Shown here piece by piece: positions 45,905 through 55,491 of a stretch of DNA of 64,000 nt (its first letter is position 1; each line of letters starts with the position of its first letter). The stretch is from Escherichia phage vB_EcoM_EP57. The notes beneath the pieces were generated by a model that saw only the letters and a program-made list of their open reading frames with translations, was not told the origin of the DNA and ran no database searches. Location: sequence record OR544956. One strand, written 5' to 3'. A program made the translations under genes and the position numbers.

Positions 45905-46336
45905 ATGCGTATGACAATCGATCTGAATGCAAAAGTTAAAGCTGCTGGTGCTCTGGGTGCTGGTGTTATTAAACACAAACAAGCGTTGGCATTTGCCATC
46001 CCACATATGATTGTTGAGGATCATCCTGAAGAGTTTGCTGTAAAAGTTGTTGAGAACAATGTCTCTGTTATTGAACATCTTCCAACTGGACGTTCTTACC
46101 GTGTTGTTTCTTCTAAAGGTTTTCGTTTCGATGTAAGCCCTTCTTTCACAAAAGGTGCTGGTCGTAGTAAAGTGGGTATTCTTTCTTACAAATATTATAT
46201 CGATAAAGTTGCAGATGGTGTCGCATTCTGTCGTGTAAGTGAAGGTAAAGTAGATATCATCTTTAAAAATACCAAAAACATGGTTATTTCTGACGATGGT
46301 AAAGTTGACCTCACTATTGAGTTCGCTAACAACTAA
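45905..46336 (+). CDS. hypothetical protein (143 aa)
   Basis: ORF. Confidence 0.6.
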   Translation: MRMTIDLNAKVKAAGALGAGVIKHKQALAFAIPHMIVEDHPEEFAVKVVENNVSVIEHLPTGRSYRVVSSKGFRFDVSPSFTKGAGRSKVGILSYKYYIDKVADGVAFCRVSEGKVDIIFKNTKNMVISDDGKVDLTIEFANN

Positions 46337-46345
46337 GGAGGACTA

Positions 46346-47140
46346 TTGAGCAAGTTGAATACACTTGATCAATATTACACTAACCCCGCTTATGCGGGGT
46401 TCTTATGTGATAAGATCAAAGAAATTTTTGGAGAGGAAGCTAACTACGTAGAACCATCTGCGGGAGAAGGAGCTTTCTCTTTTTGTTTTAAAAACATAAC
46501 TTCTTTTGATATTGATCCTAAGTTTGAAGATTGTATTGAGGCAGATTTTTTAGCTCAATCTGTTGAGTCTGTTGGTAGTGTAACTGCTTTTGTCGGTAAT
46601 CCTCCGTTTGGAAAAAATGCCAGTCTTGCCATTAAGTTCTTTAACCATTGTGCTGAAATGTTGGATAACGAAGGTGGTATTTGTTTTATCTTGCCTCGCA
46701 CATTTCAAAAAATCTTTTTTGCACACAAACTAAATCCCCACATGCATCTTCTTTACGAAGAAGAATGTCCAAAAGGATCTTTTATTCTTCATGGAGAACC
46801 TTGGGATGTTCCTTGTGTATTCCAGATATGGATTAAACGCAACGAGAAGCGTTCTCCCGTTGTTTTAGGAGAAAATCGACTGTTCGTATTAGGTAACAGT
46901 AAAGACTACGACATAGCCGTTAGGAGAGCGGGAGCAAGTGCAGGTAAAGTGTTATCAGAAGAAGATTCTTTATCTGAAGCATCTACCTACTTTTTAAAAG
47001 CCTTGACTTCTGATCTTAAAACACGTATCATTGAGGCTTACCCGTTACTTAAAGCTGAAGCTAGTAAAACTGCGGGAGTAAGAAGTTTAAGTTTAAAAGA
47101 ACTTCAGTGGGTTCTGGAGAACATTAGAAAGGAGGAATAG
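46346..47140 (+). CDS. DNA N6-adenine methyltransferase
   Basis: SAM motif EPSAGEGAF and catalytic GNPPFG. Confidence 0.65.
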   Translation: MSKLNTLDQYYTNPAYAGFLCDKIKEIFGEEANYVEPSAGEGAFSFCFKNITSFDIDPKFEDCIEADFLAQSVESVGSVTAFVGNPPFGKNASLAIKFFNHCAEMLDNEGGICFILPRTFQKIFFAHKLNPHMHLLYEEECPKGSFILHGEPWDVPCVFQIWIKRNEKRSPVVLGENRLFVLGNSKDYDIAVRRAGASAGKVLSEEDSLSEASTYFLKALTSDLKTRIIEAYPLLKAEASKTAGVRSLSLKELQWVLENIRKEE

Positions 47141-49737
47141 TGAGTAAGTTTACATGGGATATTGAAGCAAACGGATTGTTGAATAATGACACTATTGATT
47201 ATTTAGCTAGTCCTTATCGTCTCAAAGACACATTTCAAATGCACTGTATTGTCTTAGAGAACCATGAAACAGGAGAAATAGTAGCTTTCCACGATGGCCC
47301 TAAATACATCTTTGATGGGCGTCCTTATGAAGAGTCAGATGGTAAATACACATATGTTCTTAAAGAGTATGTGGCGCAAGATTACACACATTTTCAACTA
47401 AAAGATTTCCCAGATTTTATTAATCATGAAGGTTATTTTAAAGATAAGCCTGAATATCTGGTTGAAATGGCTGTGGCTCACAACGGTATCAACTACGACT
47501 GGTTGGCTACAAAACTGTTTTATGGATTAGATTACAGTGTTAAATATAATACGTGGGGCAAAAATAAGGTAAAACTTATTGACTCCTTGATTTTGAGTAA
47601 AGTGTTAAACCCAGATCGAAAGATTGAGGGCAAATCAGGACATAGCTTGGCAGCACTTTCTCGAAAAGCAGGTGGTGATGTAAAAATAGATTTCCGTAAA
47701 GAGATTCCAGAAGAAGATCGATTTAAGACTTTTGCTGCGGATATGCTTTATTACTGTATCTATGACAACAAAGCCAATACGAGCGTATATAATTACCTTA
47801 TGGAAGAATGGGGTGATTATGATAAATGGGAAGGTCCATTTGAACTTGAACAACGTGTAGCAGACATTATTACACGTCAGGAACACCGTGGATTTGCTTT
47901 TAACATGAAACAAGCAGAAGAGAACCTTGCTTTTTTGGATGCAGAAATGGAGCGTCTTCGTTTACTCGTTGAGCCTATTTTGCCACCTAAACCAGCAACA
48001 AAAGGTTATCTTAAGGCTTTTATTCCACCTAAGTTGCAAATTAAAAAGAACTTAGAGCCAACTAACCATATGATCAATTTTGCTAAGAAACATGATGGTC
48101 ATTTGGAAGAGAGGGATGGCGATTGGTGGTTAGTTATGTTGGGGAAAGAGTGGAAACTGCCAGTTGCAGCAGATGAGCCTCTATGTGATCCTAACATCCC
48201 TGCAACATTGAACGATACAACCCATATTAAAAACTGGCTTGTAGGATTAGGTTGGGTACCGTCTGAATATAAAGATAAAGACTTGACGCTTAAATCTGGC
48301 ACCAAAATTAAAAAGAGCGAGGAAGAACTTCAGAAAGGTATTCGAGCTTACGTTGAGCAAACTCTATCTTCTAATTTTTGTCAGGATCGTTGTGATCATC
48401 TGGAGTGCACACCGGAAACCTTGGAAAGGAAGATTCAAGAGCGTATAGCAAAAGGTAAAGGTCGCGGTCTTAAAGTATTGACTAACCCGTGTTTTACCAA
48501 AGGTCAGGAAAAAGAAATTTGTCCTAACCTGCAAGCTTTGGGTGAGAAGTTTCCTTATGCTACACAGATTGTAGAATACTTAACGTATAAGCATCGTAGG
48601 AACTCTATTTTAGGTGGCGGTGCTGATTGGGAAGAAGATGAAGAAGATCAAGAATACGATAAAGGTTTCTTAGCCGCAGTAAGGGCGGATGGTCGTATTC
48701 CTACCCCAGCAGCTACATGTGATGCTGCAACCTCTCGTATGAAGCATAGGTCTGTAGCTAATATTCCTCGTGTCACATCTTTGTTTGGATGGGAGATGCG
48801 TAACTTGTTTGGTGTAGAGGTTCCTAAATACTTCCAGATTGGCTACGACTTCGACTCTTTGGAAGCAAAAATTGAATCACACTACTGTTGGCGGTACGAG
48901 CCGGAGCCACACGAATATTGTAACGCTCTGTTATTAGAGAAACCTAATGATGTTCACACAATGATGGCAAAACGTATCACTGAAACTATCGGACGTAAAT
49001 TTGAACGTAGTCCTGCTAAATCTGTTAAGTATGGTATTACCTATGGTGCACAAGCCGACAAGGTTGCTAAAACAATTGGTAGCGATAAGTTTACAGGTCA
49101 ATTGGTGTTCGATGCTTTCTGGGAAGCTGCATTCCCATTGGCGCGTCTTAAAGAACGTTTAAACGATTTCTGGGTTAAGACTGGTAAACAATATGTTTTG
49201 GGTATTGACGGTCGTAAGGTTCCTACTCGTTCTGCTCACGCGATTCTTAACTCTCTGTTCCAAAGCGGCGGGGTTATCTGTGCTAAACGTGCAATGGTTA
49301 TTTATGACGACATGATCGAAGAAGAAGGGCTAAGTGTTGACTTCTTTAAAGATGACTGGAAGAATAAAGATTTCGTGCAACAAATGATTGCATATCACGA
49401 TGAAGCCCAGCTTGAAGTTTCTCGTAACCTTGTAGAATTTAAATGGTTTTCACCTGAATCATTAGGTTGGAAGAAAGTAGACGATCCTGAAGAACAAAAG
49501 AAAATTGATAAAGAATGCCTTGCTAAAGTTGAAGAATGGAAGCATAATAAGGAAAAAGAGACGGGACAAATTTGGGCTAACATTCATGAATCTCCCAAAG
49601 GTGGATGGTTTACAGCCTATAGTCGGGCAGGTGAACTTGCTGCTTTAGCTGTTACTAAGGCTGGAGAATTTTACAATCTTAACGTTCAGCTTACTGCCGG
49701 ATATGATGTGGGTAACTCTTGGGCGTCCTGTCACTAG
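47140..49737 (+). CDS. family-A DNA polymerase with 3'-5' exonuclease domain
   Basis: DIEANGL exo motif, K..YGITYG motif B, YHDE motif C. Confidence 0.85.
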   Translation: MSKFTWDIEANGLLNNDTIDYLASPYRLKDTFQMHCIVLENHETGEIVAFHDGPKYIFDGRPYEESDGKYTYVLKEYVAQDYTHFQLKDFPDFINHEGYFKDKPEYLVEMAVAHNGINYDWLATKLFYGLDYSVKYNTWGKNKVKLIDSLILSKVLNPDRKIEGKSGHSLAALSRKAGGDVKIDFRKEIPEEDRFKTFAADMLYYCIYDNKANTSVYNYLMEEWGDYDKWEGPFELEQRVADIITRQEHRGFAFNMKQAEENLAFLDAEMERLRLLVEPILPPKPATKGYLKAFIPPKLQIKKNLEPTNHMINFAKKHDGHLEERDGDWWLVMLGKEWKLPVAADEPLCDPNIPATLNDTTHIKNWLVGLGWVPSEYKDKDLTLKSGTKIKKSEEELQKGIRAYVEQTLSSNFCQDRCDHLECTPETLERKIQERIAKGKGRGLKVLTNPCFTKGQEKEICPNLQALGEKFPYATQIVEYLTYKHRRNSILGGGADWEEDEEDQEYDKGFLAAVRADGRIPTPAATCDAATSRMKHRSVANIPRVTSLFGWEMRNLFGVEVPKYFQIGYDFDSLEAKIESHYCWRYEPEPHEYCNALLLEKPNDVHTMMAKRITETIGRKFERSPAKSVKYGITYGAQADKVAKTIGSDKFTGQLVFDAFWEAAFPLARLKERLNDFWVKTGKQYVLGIDGRKVPTRSAHAILNSLFQSGGVICAKRAMVIYDDMIEEEGLSVDFFKDDWKNKDFVQQMIAYHDEAQLEVSRNLVEFKWFSPESLGWKKVDDPEEQKKIDKECLAKVEEWKHNKEKETGQIWANIHESPKGGWFTAYSRAGELAALAVTKAGEFYNLNVQLTAGYDVGNSWASCH

Positions 49738-49755
49738 TTAACATATTGTTTTATA

Positions 49756-49775
49756 AGGGGCTTCTGCCCCTTTAT
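49756..49775 (+). terminator. rho-independent terminator
   Basis: AAGGGGC-TTCT-GCCCCTT plus TAT. Confidence 0.55.
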
Positions 49776-49785
49776 AGGAGGAAAT

Positions 49786-49977
49786 ATGCATTACGATTTA
49801 GATTGTCTTGGTATGCCTTACCTACCAGATGAATTTGAAGGCGAAGAAGAACGTGAATGGGACGATGGGGATATCCGTTGTTGGTCTTGTGGTAAAGATA
49901 TGTCTTATGAACAACATATGCACAATGATGGTTTCTGTATACATTGTTATAATGAAATTGATCTGGAGGAAGATTAA
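49786..49977 (+). CDS. Cys/His-rich small protein (63 aa)
   Basis: CWSCG ... CIHCY. Confidence 0.5.
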   Translation: MHYDLDCLGMPYLPDEFEGEEEREWDDGDIRCWSCGKDMSYEQHMHNDGFCIHCYNEIDLEED

Positions 49978-50144
49978 TGGGAAATGGTATCATGATTTGC
50001 TATAAAATTGTGCGTATTGTCGGAGACGAAGTTACCACTCGGTATTTTATGATAGAGTCTCAAGCCGATGAGGTTTACAATGACTGGCTTGAAAAAGGTG
50101 GATACGATTTTGTATCTAAAGAAACTTTCCGTTTAGAAGTATAA
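49977..50144 (+). CDS. small hypothetical protein (55 aa)
   Basis: hand-found ORF after GGAGGAAG. Confidence 0.4.
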   Translation: MGNGIMICYKIVRIVGDEVTTRYFMIESQADEVYNDWLEKGGYDFVSKETFRLEV

Positions 50145-50154
50145 GGAGAAAACA

Positions 50155-50373
50155 ATGCGTAAACTAGTGAGCTTTAATGTTTCAATTCTTATTGATGAAC
50201 AAAATGAAGATGTTATTAAAGGTCTTGCAAATAAGATTGCAGGTGGAATGACGGAAGCTGAAGTGTGGGAAGAATGTGCTCGACTTTATGAGGAAGGTGT
50301 TATTGAGGTCTTGGGAGATGAGATTAATATGGACGATATTGTTAAAGTAACTGTGGAGCGTATCAATGACTAA
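50155..50373 (+). CDS. hypothetical protein (72 aa)
   Basis: ORF with AAGGAG RBS. Confidence 0.55.
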   Translation: MRKLVSFNVSILIDEQNEDVIKGLANKIAGGMTEAEVWEECARLYEEGVIEVLGDEINMDDIVKVTVERIND

Positions 50374-50868
50374 ATCAAAACAAATCAATATTGCCAAAGA
50401 AATTCTTACCGTATTAAAGATCGCTGATCCTAATTCTGTCTTGGCTGGCGGTGCTGTTCGTGATTGGCGTATTCTTGATATTGCTGGACGTGATCTGGAT
50501 TTTTACACATCTCTTCCTGCACATCGGAAGGTGTTACTGGTCTTAAACACGTTTTTGAGTTTGAACGTGATGGTCAGCTTTGCAACCTTATGATTATGGA
50601 ACCAAGCGTAATGACAACCTTTCTAAATGAGTTTGATCTGTCCATCTGTCAAGCTGCATTTGATGGGAAGGATTGTTATTATTCTAAAGATTTTGAAACA
50701 ACCTTGGAAACAGGGATCTGCTTCTTGCACAAAGATGTTAGAGAAGATGCCAAACACGTTATTAAAATTGCTACACGTTTCCCATATCTTCGTTTTGTGA
50801 AAGAGGTTAAGGTTCCACGTCCACCTCAAGTAGATACCAGATTGGAAGAAGATGATATTCCTTGGTAA
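50366..50868 (+). CDS. Pol-beta-superfamily nucleotidyltransferase, frameshifted
   Basis: GGAVRD and DLD motifs; C-terminal part continues in another frame. Confidence 0.45.
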
Positions 50869-50875
50869 TTAAAGC

Positions 50876-50905
50876 TTGACAATATTAAACATTTTATGAT
50901 AGGAT
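50876..50905 (+). promoter_or_regulatory. sigma70-type promoter
   Basis: TTGACA-N18-TAGGAT. Confidence 0.5.
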
Positions 50906-50913
50906 AGCATTCA

Positions 50914-51306
50914 ATGACTGAACGTTCTAAGATAGCTGTTGAAACTGTTTATGGAAACTATACCAGTTTGACACTAGTTGAGAAAAATGTTGTAGGTCTT
51001 GACAACTCTTTTTATTTTCAAATTTTGGTTATTCAAGGTGGAAACAAGAAGCTAACTGCTCGTGTTGAAACATCTGAAATAATTGAAACCACTGTTACAA
51101 ACAAAGAATTCATTTCACTGCAAGATACAATCCGAAACGTTATAGACGAAGAAGGCAAAGCTGCCACAATTAAACTCGGAGGTTTCCCAGTGCAAATAGT
51201 TCATTTTCCTAATGGTGAAATTGGAGTTGGAATAGGTAAAGGTAAATACCTGTTAGAGCAAGATGATATGGAAAGACTCCGCTCTTTCTGTGCAAAATTA
51301 ATGTAA
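50914..51306 (+). CDS. hypothetical protein (130 aa)
   Basis: ORF. Confidence 0.55.
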   Translation: MTERSKIAVETVYGNYTSLTLVEKNVVGLDNSFYFQILVIQGGNKKLTARVETSEIIETTVTNKEFISLQDTIRNVIDEEGKAATIKLGGFPVQIVHFPNGEIGVGIGKGKYLLEQDDMERLRSFCAKLM

Positions 51307-51322
51307 TGTAGAGGAGATAATA

Positions 51323-52210
51323 ATGTCCGTAATTAATACTGAAACTGATCGTAAAGGCAAAACCGTAACTTATGCAACTGGTATCGTAGACTACGTTAAA
51401 CTGGATAAATTCGCTGAACCTAAAACTTTCCATTGGGAAGGAAAAACGATTGTTTCAACTCACCGAGCTTCTCTTGTTCTGAAAGAGAAAGGTGCTAAAC
51501 CAGATGAGAAAGGTGTTTGGATTTCTCTTGGTGACATTGAACTGAAAGAAGGTTATGAAAACCTGCAAGTCAAAGAAGGTGATAACTGGATCACTATTGA
51601 AAAAGGTGTAGAAGTAAGTATTGATATTGATCGCGTTGATAATAAAGGCGGTAAAACTTACTACAATACTAAAAAATCTCGTATTACAGTATTGTCTACC
51701 GAGGGTGTTCAGAAGTCTAACAAATCTTCTGGCAATAAGGGGTCCAACGATGCGGCTCCTAAACAATCCTATAAAAAACGTGATACTGTAGGTCTGGAAA
51801 CTGGTCACGCAGTAAATGGTGCACTGGAACTGATTCGTAATGGTGTTAAAGGCGATGCTTTCGATATTGCTGGGGTTGTTCAATCTGCAACTGTCACGCT
51901 GAAATCTGAAATTGCTGAATCTCGTGGCGTTGATATTAATGATTATGATCTTGGGGCATCTGTTGGTCACGCTATTCTCAATGCTTGTAAAGACCATACT
52001 ATTAAGACTGTCTCTGTAGAAGATCTGATTGATTCTGCTCGTAAAGTTCTGGCTCTGTCTGATAAAGTTGCTGCTGCCATTCGTGGTTCAGCAGAACAGC
52101 CTAAGAAAGAAGAGAAGAAAGAAGTTAAGAAACCTGAACCACAACCAGAACCAACTCCAAGTAATCAAGAAGAACCTCCAATGGACTTCGACGATGATAT
52201 TCCATTCTGA
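51323..52210 (+). CDS. putative ssDNA-binding protein
   Basis: acidic C-terminus MDFDDDIPF as in E. coli SSB; optimised codons. Confidence 0.5.
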   Translation: MSVINTETDRKGKTVTYATGIVDYVKLDKFAEPKTFHWEGKTIVSTHRASLVLKEKGAKPDEKGVWISLGDIELKEGYENLQVKEGDNWITIEKGVEVSIDIDRVDNKGGKTYYNTKKSRITVLSTEGVQKSNKSSGNKGSNDAAPKQSYKKRDTVGLETGHAVNGALELIRNGVKGDAFDIAGVVQSATVTLKSEIAESRGVDINDYDLGASVGHAILNACKDHTIKTVSVEDLIDSARKVLALSDKVAAAIRGSAEQPKKEEKKEVKKPEPQPEPTPSNQEEPPMDFDDDIPF

Positions 52211-52220
52211 TCTTATTGAT

Positions 52221-53849
52221 TTATAAAGAGTTTTTATAAAAGAAAAGATACTCAACAACCATACCAGGTAAGCTTGCTGCCCCTGTTGGCGTTATTTCTG
52301 CTACCATTGTTTGTGTTGTTCCTACATCCATCGCAGATAAGCTAGGAGTGTAAACGCTCAATGTTGAAGCATATCCTCCAGAGGTATCTGATAAAGTTGT
52401 TCCTTCAGCGTTTAAGGCTGTCATACCTGCATCAAAACCACCTTCTGCATGGAAAGTCATTAAACCAGTAGATGATATTGTCATGTTTGCAGGGGCAGAA
52501 GAAGTGTATTTAATATTGAAAAGTTTACCTCCTTCTGGGCTAACAGAATGTGTCAACTGTTTAGTTCCACCTACAATACAAATTCCTAAAGAATCTGTAG
52601 TTAAGCCAGTTGCCAGAATATCACCCGTAATCACGGAGCTTGCTATTGGTGTGAATTTATTATAGTTTAGACCGCTATTGAACAGATACGAGGCTTTCCC
52701 ATCTTTCCAAATACCGGAATAATACATATCTCCATTATAAACGAAAAAGGTTCCTTGATAACCTAATTGGTTAGTAACATCCATATTCAGCGTATGAACG
52801 CTTGTGAGCTTGTTTATATCCCAAGAACCCACTCCTTCAGGTTTAACTGGTTTTCCCACTTGGAGTGGATCTCCGCTCGCAGAATCATACCCCAAACCTA
52901 AGTTTGCAGTGTAGTTCTTACCAATAGCCCACAAGGAATTATTGATCCCAACGAAAAAAGAGTGGCGGCTTGGTGGAAACTTCCATGTTGAGAAACCTGC
53001 TGCAAAGGTATCCAGTTTAGTGTAGGTTGTTTCTGTATTAGACCTAACATATAAGTAGTTTACTGTACCCGAGCCACCGGAGGTATCTCCTACAACTATT
53101 GTCTGGGAAACTGTATTGATGTAATCTTTGACATACACTGTTTCAGTAGCGGATATCTTAGCATTGACAAAAGCTGTTGTTGTGTTATTATTACCTGCTA
53201 AACCTTTACTAGCTCCACAAACACGCAAGGTTCCCACATTGTTGACATAAGAGCATTGGTTGTAACCTGCATCAAAAGCAACTGCTGCACTTGTTATCTG
53301 ACGAGGAGTAGAAACTTCGTTAGTAGTACTTGCACCTAAACTACCTACTGTGTTTTGACCTGATCCATAAAGAACACCACTATTCATTAACCAGAGAGTG
53401 TTGTTATATCCTCCCTTAACCTCTTTAAGATTGGCTAAAGAGATAGTCCCTGTTATTACAGATGGAAAGCTGGTCCAAGTAGTTACACATGCGTCCGTAC
53501 CACCTGCCGCTATAGATCCTACCAATCCTGCTGTCAATCCTGAATATTGCCATCCCCCACTGTTAGTTTTAATAACAAAACAACGATCTGCGGTAAACAC
53601 ATCCGCTACTACAGTAGAAGCTAAGTGGAAATTATTGAATCGTGCACTACGAGTTCCATCTGCAATCTCACCAAAAAGGTTTGCGCCTTGAGTAAACAAT
53701 CTACCATCATTAAGCAAAATTGCTAAACTGCTATTAGAATTACCAGCATTATCTGGGTAATCTAAAGTGATTACTTTTTTAACAATACCTGCTGGCAGAG
53801 GAACGACACCAGTGCTGGTCATAATAGTAAATATTGGAATTGGAAACAT
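52221..53849 (-). CDS. tail fibre / receptor-binding protein (542 aa)
   Basis: G/T/S/N-rich beta protein next to fibre genes. Confidence 0.5.
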   Translation of the reverse strand: MFPIPIFTIMTSTGVVPLPAGIVKKVITLDYPDNAGNSNSSLAILLNDGRLFTQGANLFGEIADGTRSARFNNFHLASTVVADVFTADRCFVIKTNSGGWQYSGLTAGLVGSIAAGGTDACVTTWTSFPSVITGTISLANLKEVKGGYNNTLWLMNSGVLYGSGQNTVGSLGASTTNEVSTPRQITSAAVAFDAGYNQCSYVNNVGTLRVCGASKGLAGNNNTTTAFVNAKISATETVYVKDYINTVSQTIVVGDTSGGSGTVNYLYVRSNTETTYTKLDTFAAGFSTWKFPPSRHSFFVGINNSLWAIGKNYTANLGLGYDSASGDPLQVGKPVKPEGVGSWDINKLTSVHTLNMDVTNQLGYQGTFFVYNGDMYYSGIWKDGKASYLFNSGLNYNKFTPIASSVITGDILATGLTTDSLGICIVGGTKQLTHSVSPEGGKLFNIKYTSSAPANMTISSTGLMTFHAEGGFDAGMTALNAEGTTLSDTSGGYASTLSVYTPSLSAMDVGTTQTMVAEITPTGAASLPGMVVEYLFFYKNSL

Positions 53850-53860
53850 TTAAACCCTCC

Positions 53861-53886
53861 ATAAAAAGAAAGCCCCTTTCGGGGCT
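53861..53886 (-). terminator. rho-independent terminator between fibre genes
   Basis: AGCCCC-GAAA-GGGGCT plus TTCTTTTTAT on minus strand. Confidence 0.6.
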
Positions 53887-53890
53887 TCTG

Positions 53891-55429
53891 TTATCGTGTT
53901 ACAACAACCATGTCCACGATATCACCCACACCAGGATACGTTAATTGCAAAATTGTTACTGCGTTAGCAGTAGTTGCTATTTCTGTATCATTTAGTGCTC
54001 CATAAGACGCATCTAGTGTAACCGTGTGTCCCGTTGTATCTTGAATCAAATAAATCATTGCTGAAAACGCTTTAGGTTTTGTAGAGCCAGTGACACCAGG
54101 CCATGCTCCAACTGTCAGAGCGTCAGTTACTGTAACAACATACATATTGGAAGTTCCAGAAGGAGTCCAAGATGCTCCAGAGTTGGCAGTAGTTGTTTCA
54201 AGTTCCATGAAACCTGCTGTAACTCTAGTTGGTGTTATAGCTTCCGTAGGATCTGATCCTGATATTTCGATCCAGTTTCCATCAGAACGACCATACGTCA
54301 AGCCGTCTTGAGGGGCTTCTGGTATACTAGGAAGAGTTCCTATAAGTGTCCACGTAGAAGAATCTGTTTTCTTAAACACTGCTCCAGTGGTAGTATTGAA
54401 GGCGTAATCATTGATAACACCGTCTCCTGCGACTGGATTAGTTGTTGCTACAAACCATTGTGCGCCGTCCTTACCGACAAAATCTACTTCTGTCCCTTCA
54501 TTACCAGCATCCAGCCAACTTTGATATGCAGATTTCCCTTCGTCTCCATCTGTTCCATCTAGACCGTCTTTACCTGCCTCACCTTGTGGACCTTGAGGAC
54601 CAACAATATTACCCATGTTGACCCAAGCTGTCCCATTAGAGACATAAAGATTACCACTGATAGAATAAGCTTGGCTTACGTTTTCAGAGTTAGGTTGTGG
54701 TAAGTTACTTGTAGAAGGCAAATCTCCACGATAATCAAAACCGTTGGCGTTAACACCAGGTGCTCCCTGTGGCCCTGTAGGACCAACATCGCCTTTATCA
54801 CCTTTTATAGAGGTAAGAAAATCATAAACAGACCCTGTATTACCATCTGCCAACCATACCTCGTAAGCTGATTTACCTTCTGGCCCAAGAGAAGAAATAA
54901 GTTTCCAAACAGAACCATCCCAAGCGTAAATCACATCACCTACAATATAACCGTCCCCTGCAACGTTACCTGTGGATGGTAGTTCACTAGTGCTTGCTAA
55001 TGATCCTTTAATATTAAGTTGAGCACCAGTATCCCCTTTCAAAGAGGCAAGCCATTGTGCTTCTGTTCCAACAAAACCATTATCAAGTGCGATCTGATAA
55101 GCCGATTTACCAGCTTCAGGTATTGTTTCCGACAGATCATCAATTTGTTGCTGCACTGCCGTAAACTTGGCATTGATAATTGCTATATCATCAGCGGTCC
55201 CAACACTTTGCCATGCAAGGGAAGAAATACCACCTGTGGTGGCTGGCGTAGAGTTTGCTGGAACTACTTTAGGAAAAGTTCCTTTCCATTGGTAATAATT
55301 CCCTTCTGCTGCTAACAGCAAAACTTCACGGGAATTACGTAATGTAAAACCTGCCTCAAAGCTGCGACGTTTTCGATAAGTAGCTTCTACCAGATCGGCT
55401 ATCGCACTATTAGGTCTTGTTAAATTCAT
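53891..55429 (-). CDS. tail fibre protein with collagen-like repeats (512 aa)
   Basis: Gly-X-Y runs such as GPQGPQGEAGKDGLDGTDGDEGK. Confidence 0.6.
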   Translation of the reverse strand: MNLTRPNSAIADLVEATYRKRRSFEAGFTLRNSREVLLLAAEGNYYQWKGTFPKVVPANSTPATTGGISSLAWQSVGTADDIAIINAKFTAVQQQIDDLSETIPEAGKSAYQIALDNGFVGTEAQWLASLKGDTGAQLNIKGSLASTSELPSTGNVAGDGYIVGDVIYAWDGSVWKLISSLGPEGKSAYEVWLADGNTGSVYDFLTSIKGDKGDVGPTGPQGAPGVNANGFDYRGDLPSTSNLPQPNSENVSQAYSISGNLYVSNGTAWVNMGNIVGPQGPQGEAGKDGLDGTDGDEGKSAYQSWLDAGNEGTEVDFVGKDGAQWFVATTNPVAGDGVINDYAFNTTTGAVFKKTDSSTWTLIGTLPSIPEAPQDGLTYGRSDGNWIEISGSDPTEAITPTRVTAGFMELETTTANSGASWTPSGTSNMYVVTVTDALTVGAWPGVTGSTKPKAFSAMIYLIQDTTGHTVTLDASYGALNDTEIATTANAVTILQLTYPGVGDIVDMVVVTR

Positions 55430-55491
55430 TTATCTCTCCTATCATTAGACCATTCTATTGGAAGAAGAGGGGGGAATCCCCCTCTATTCCA

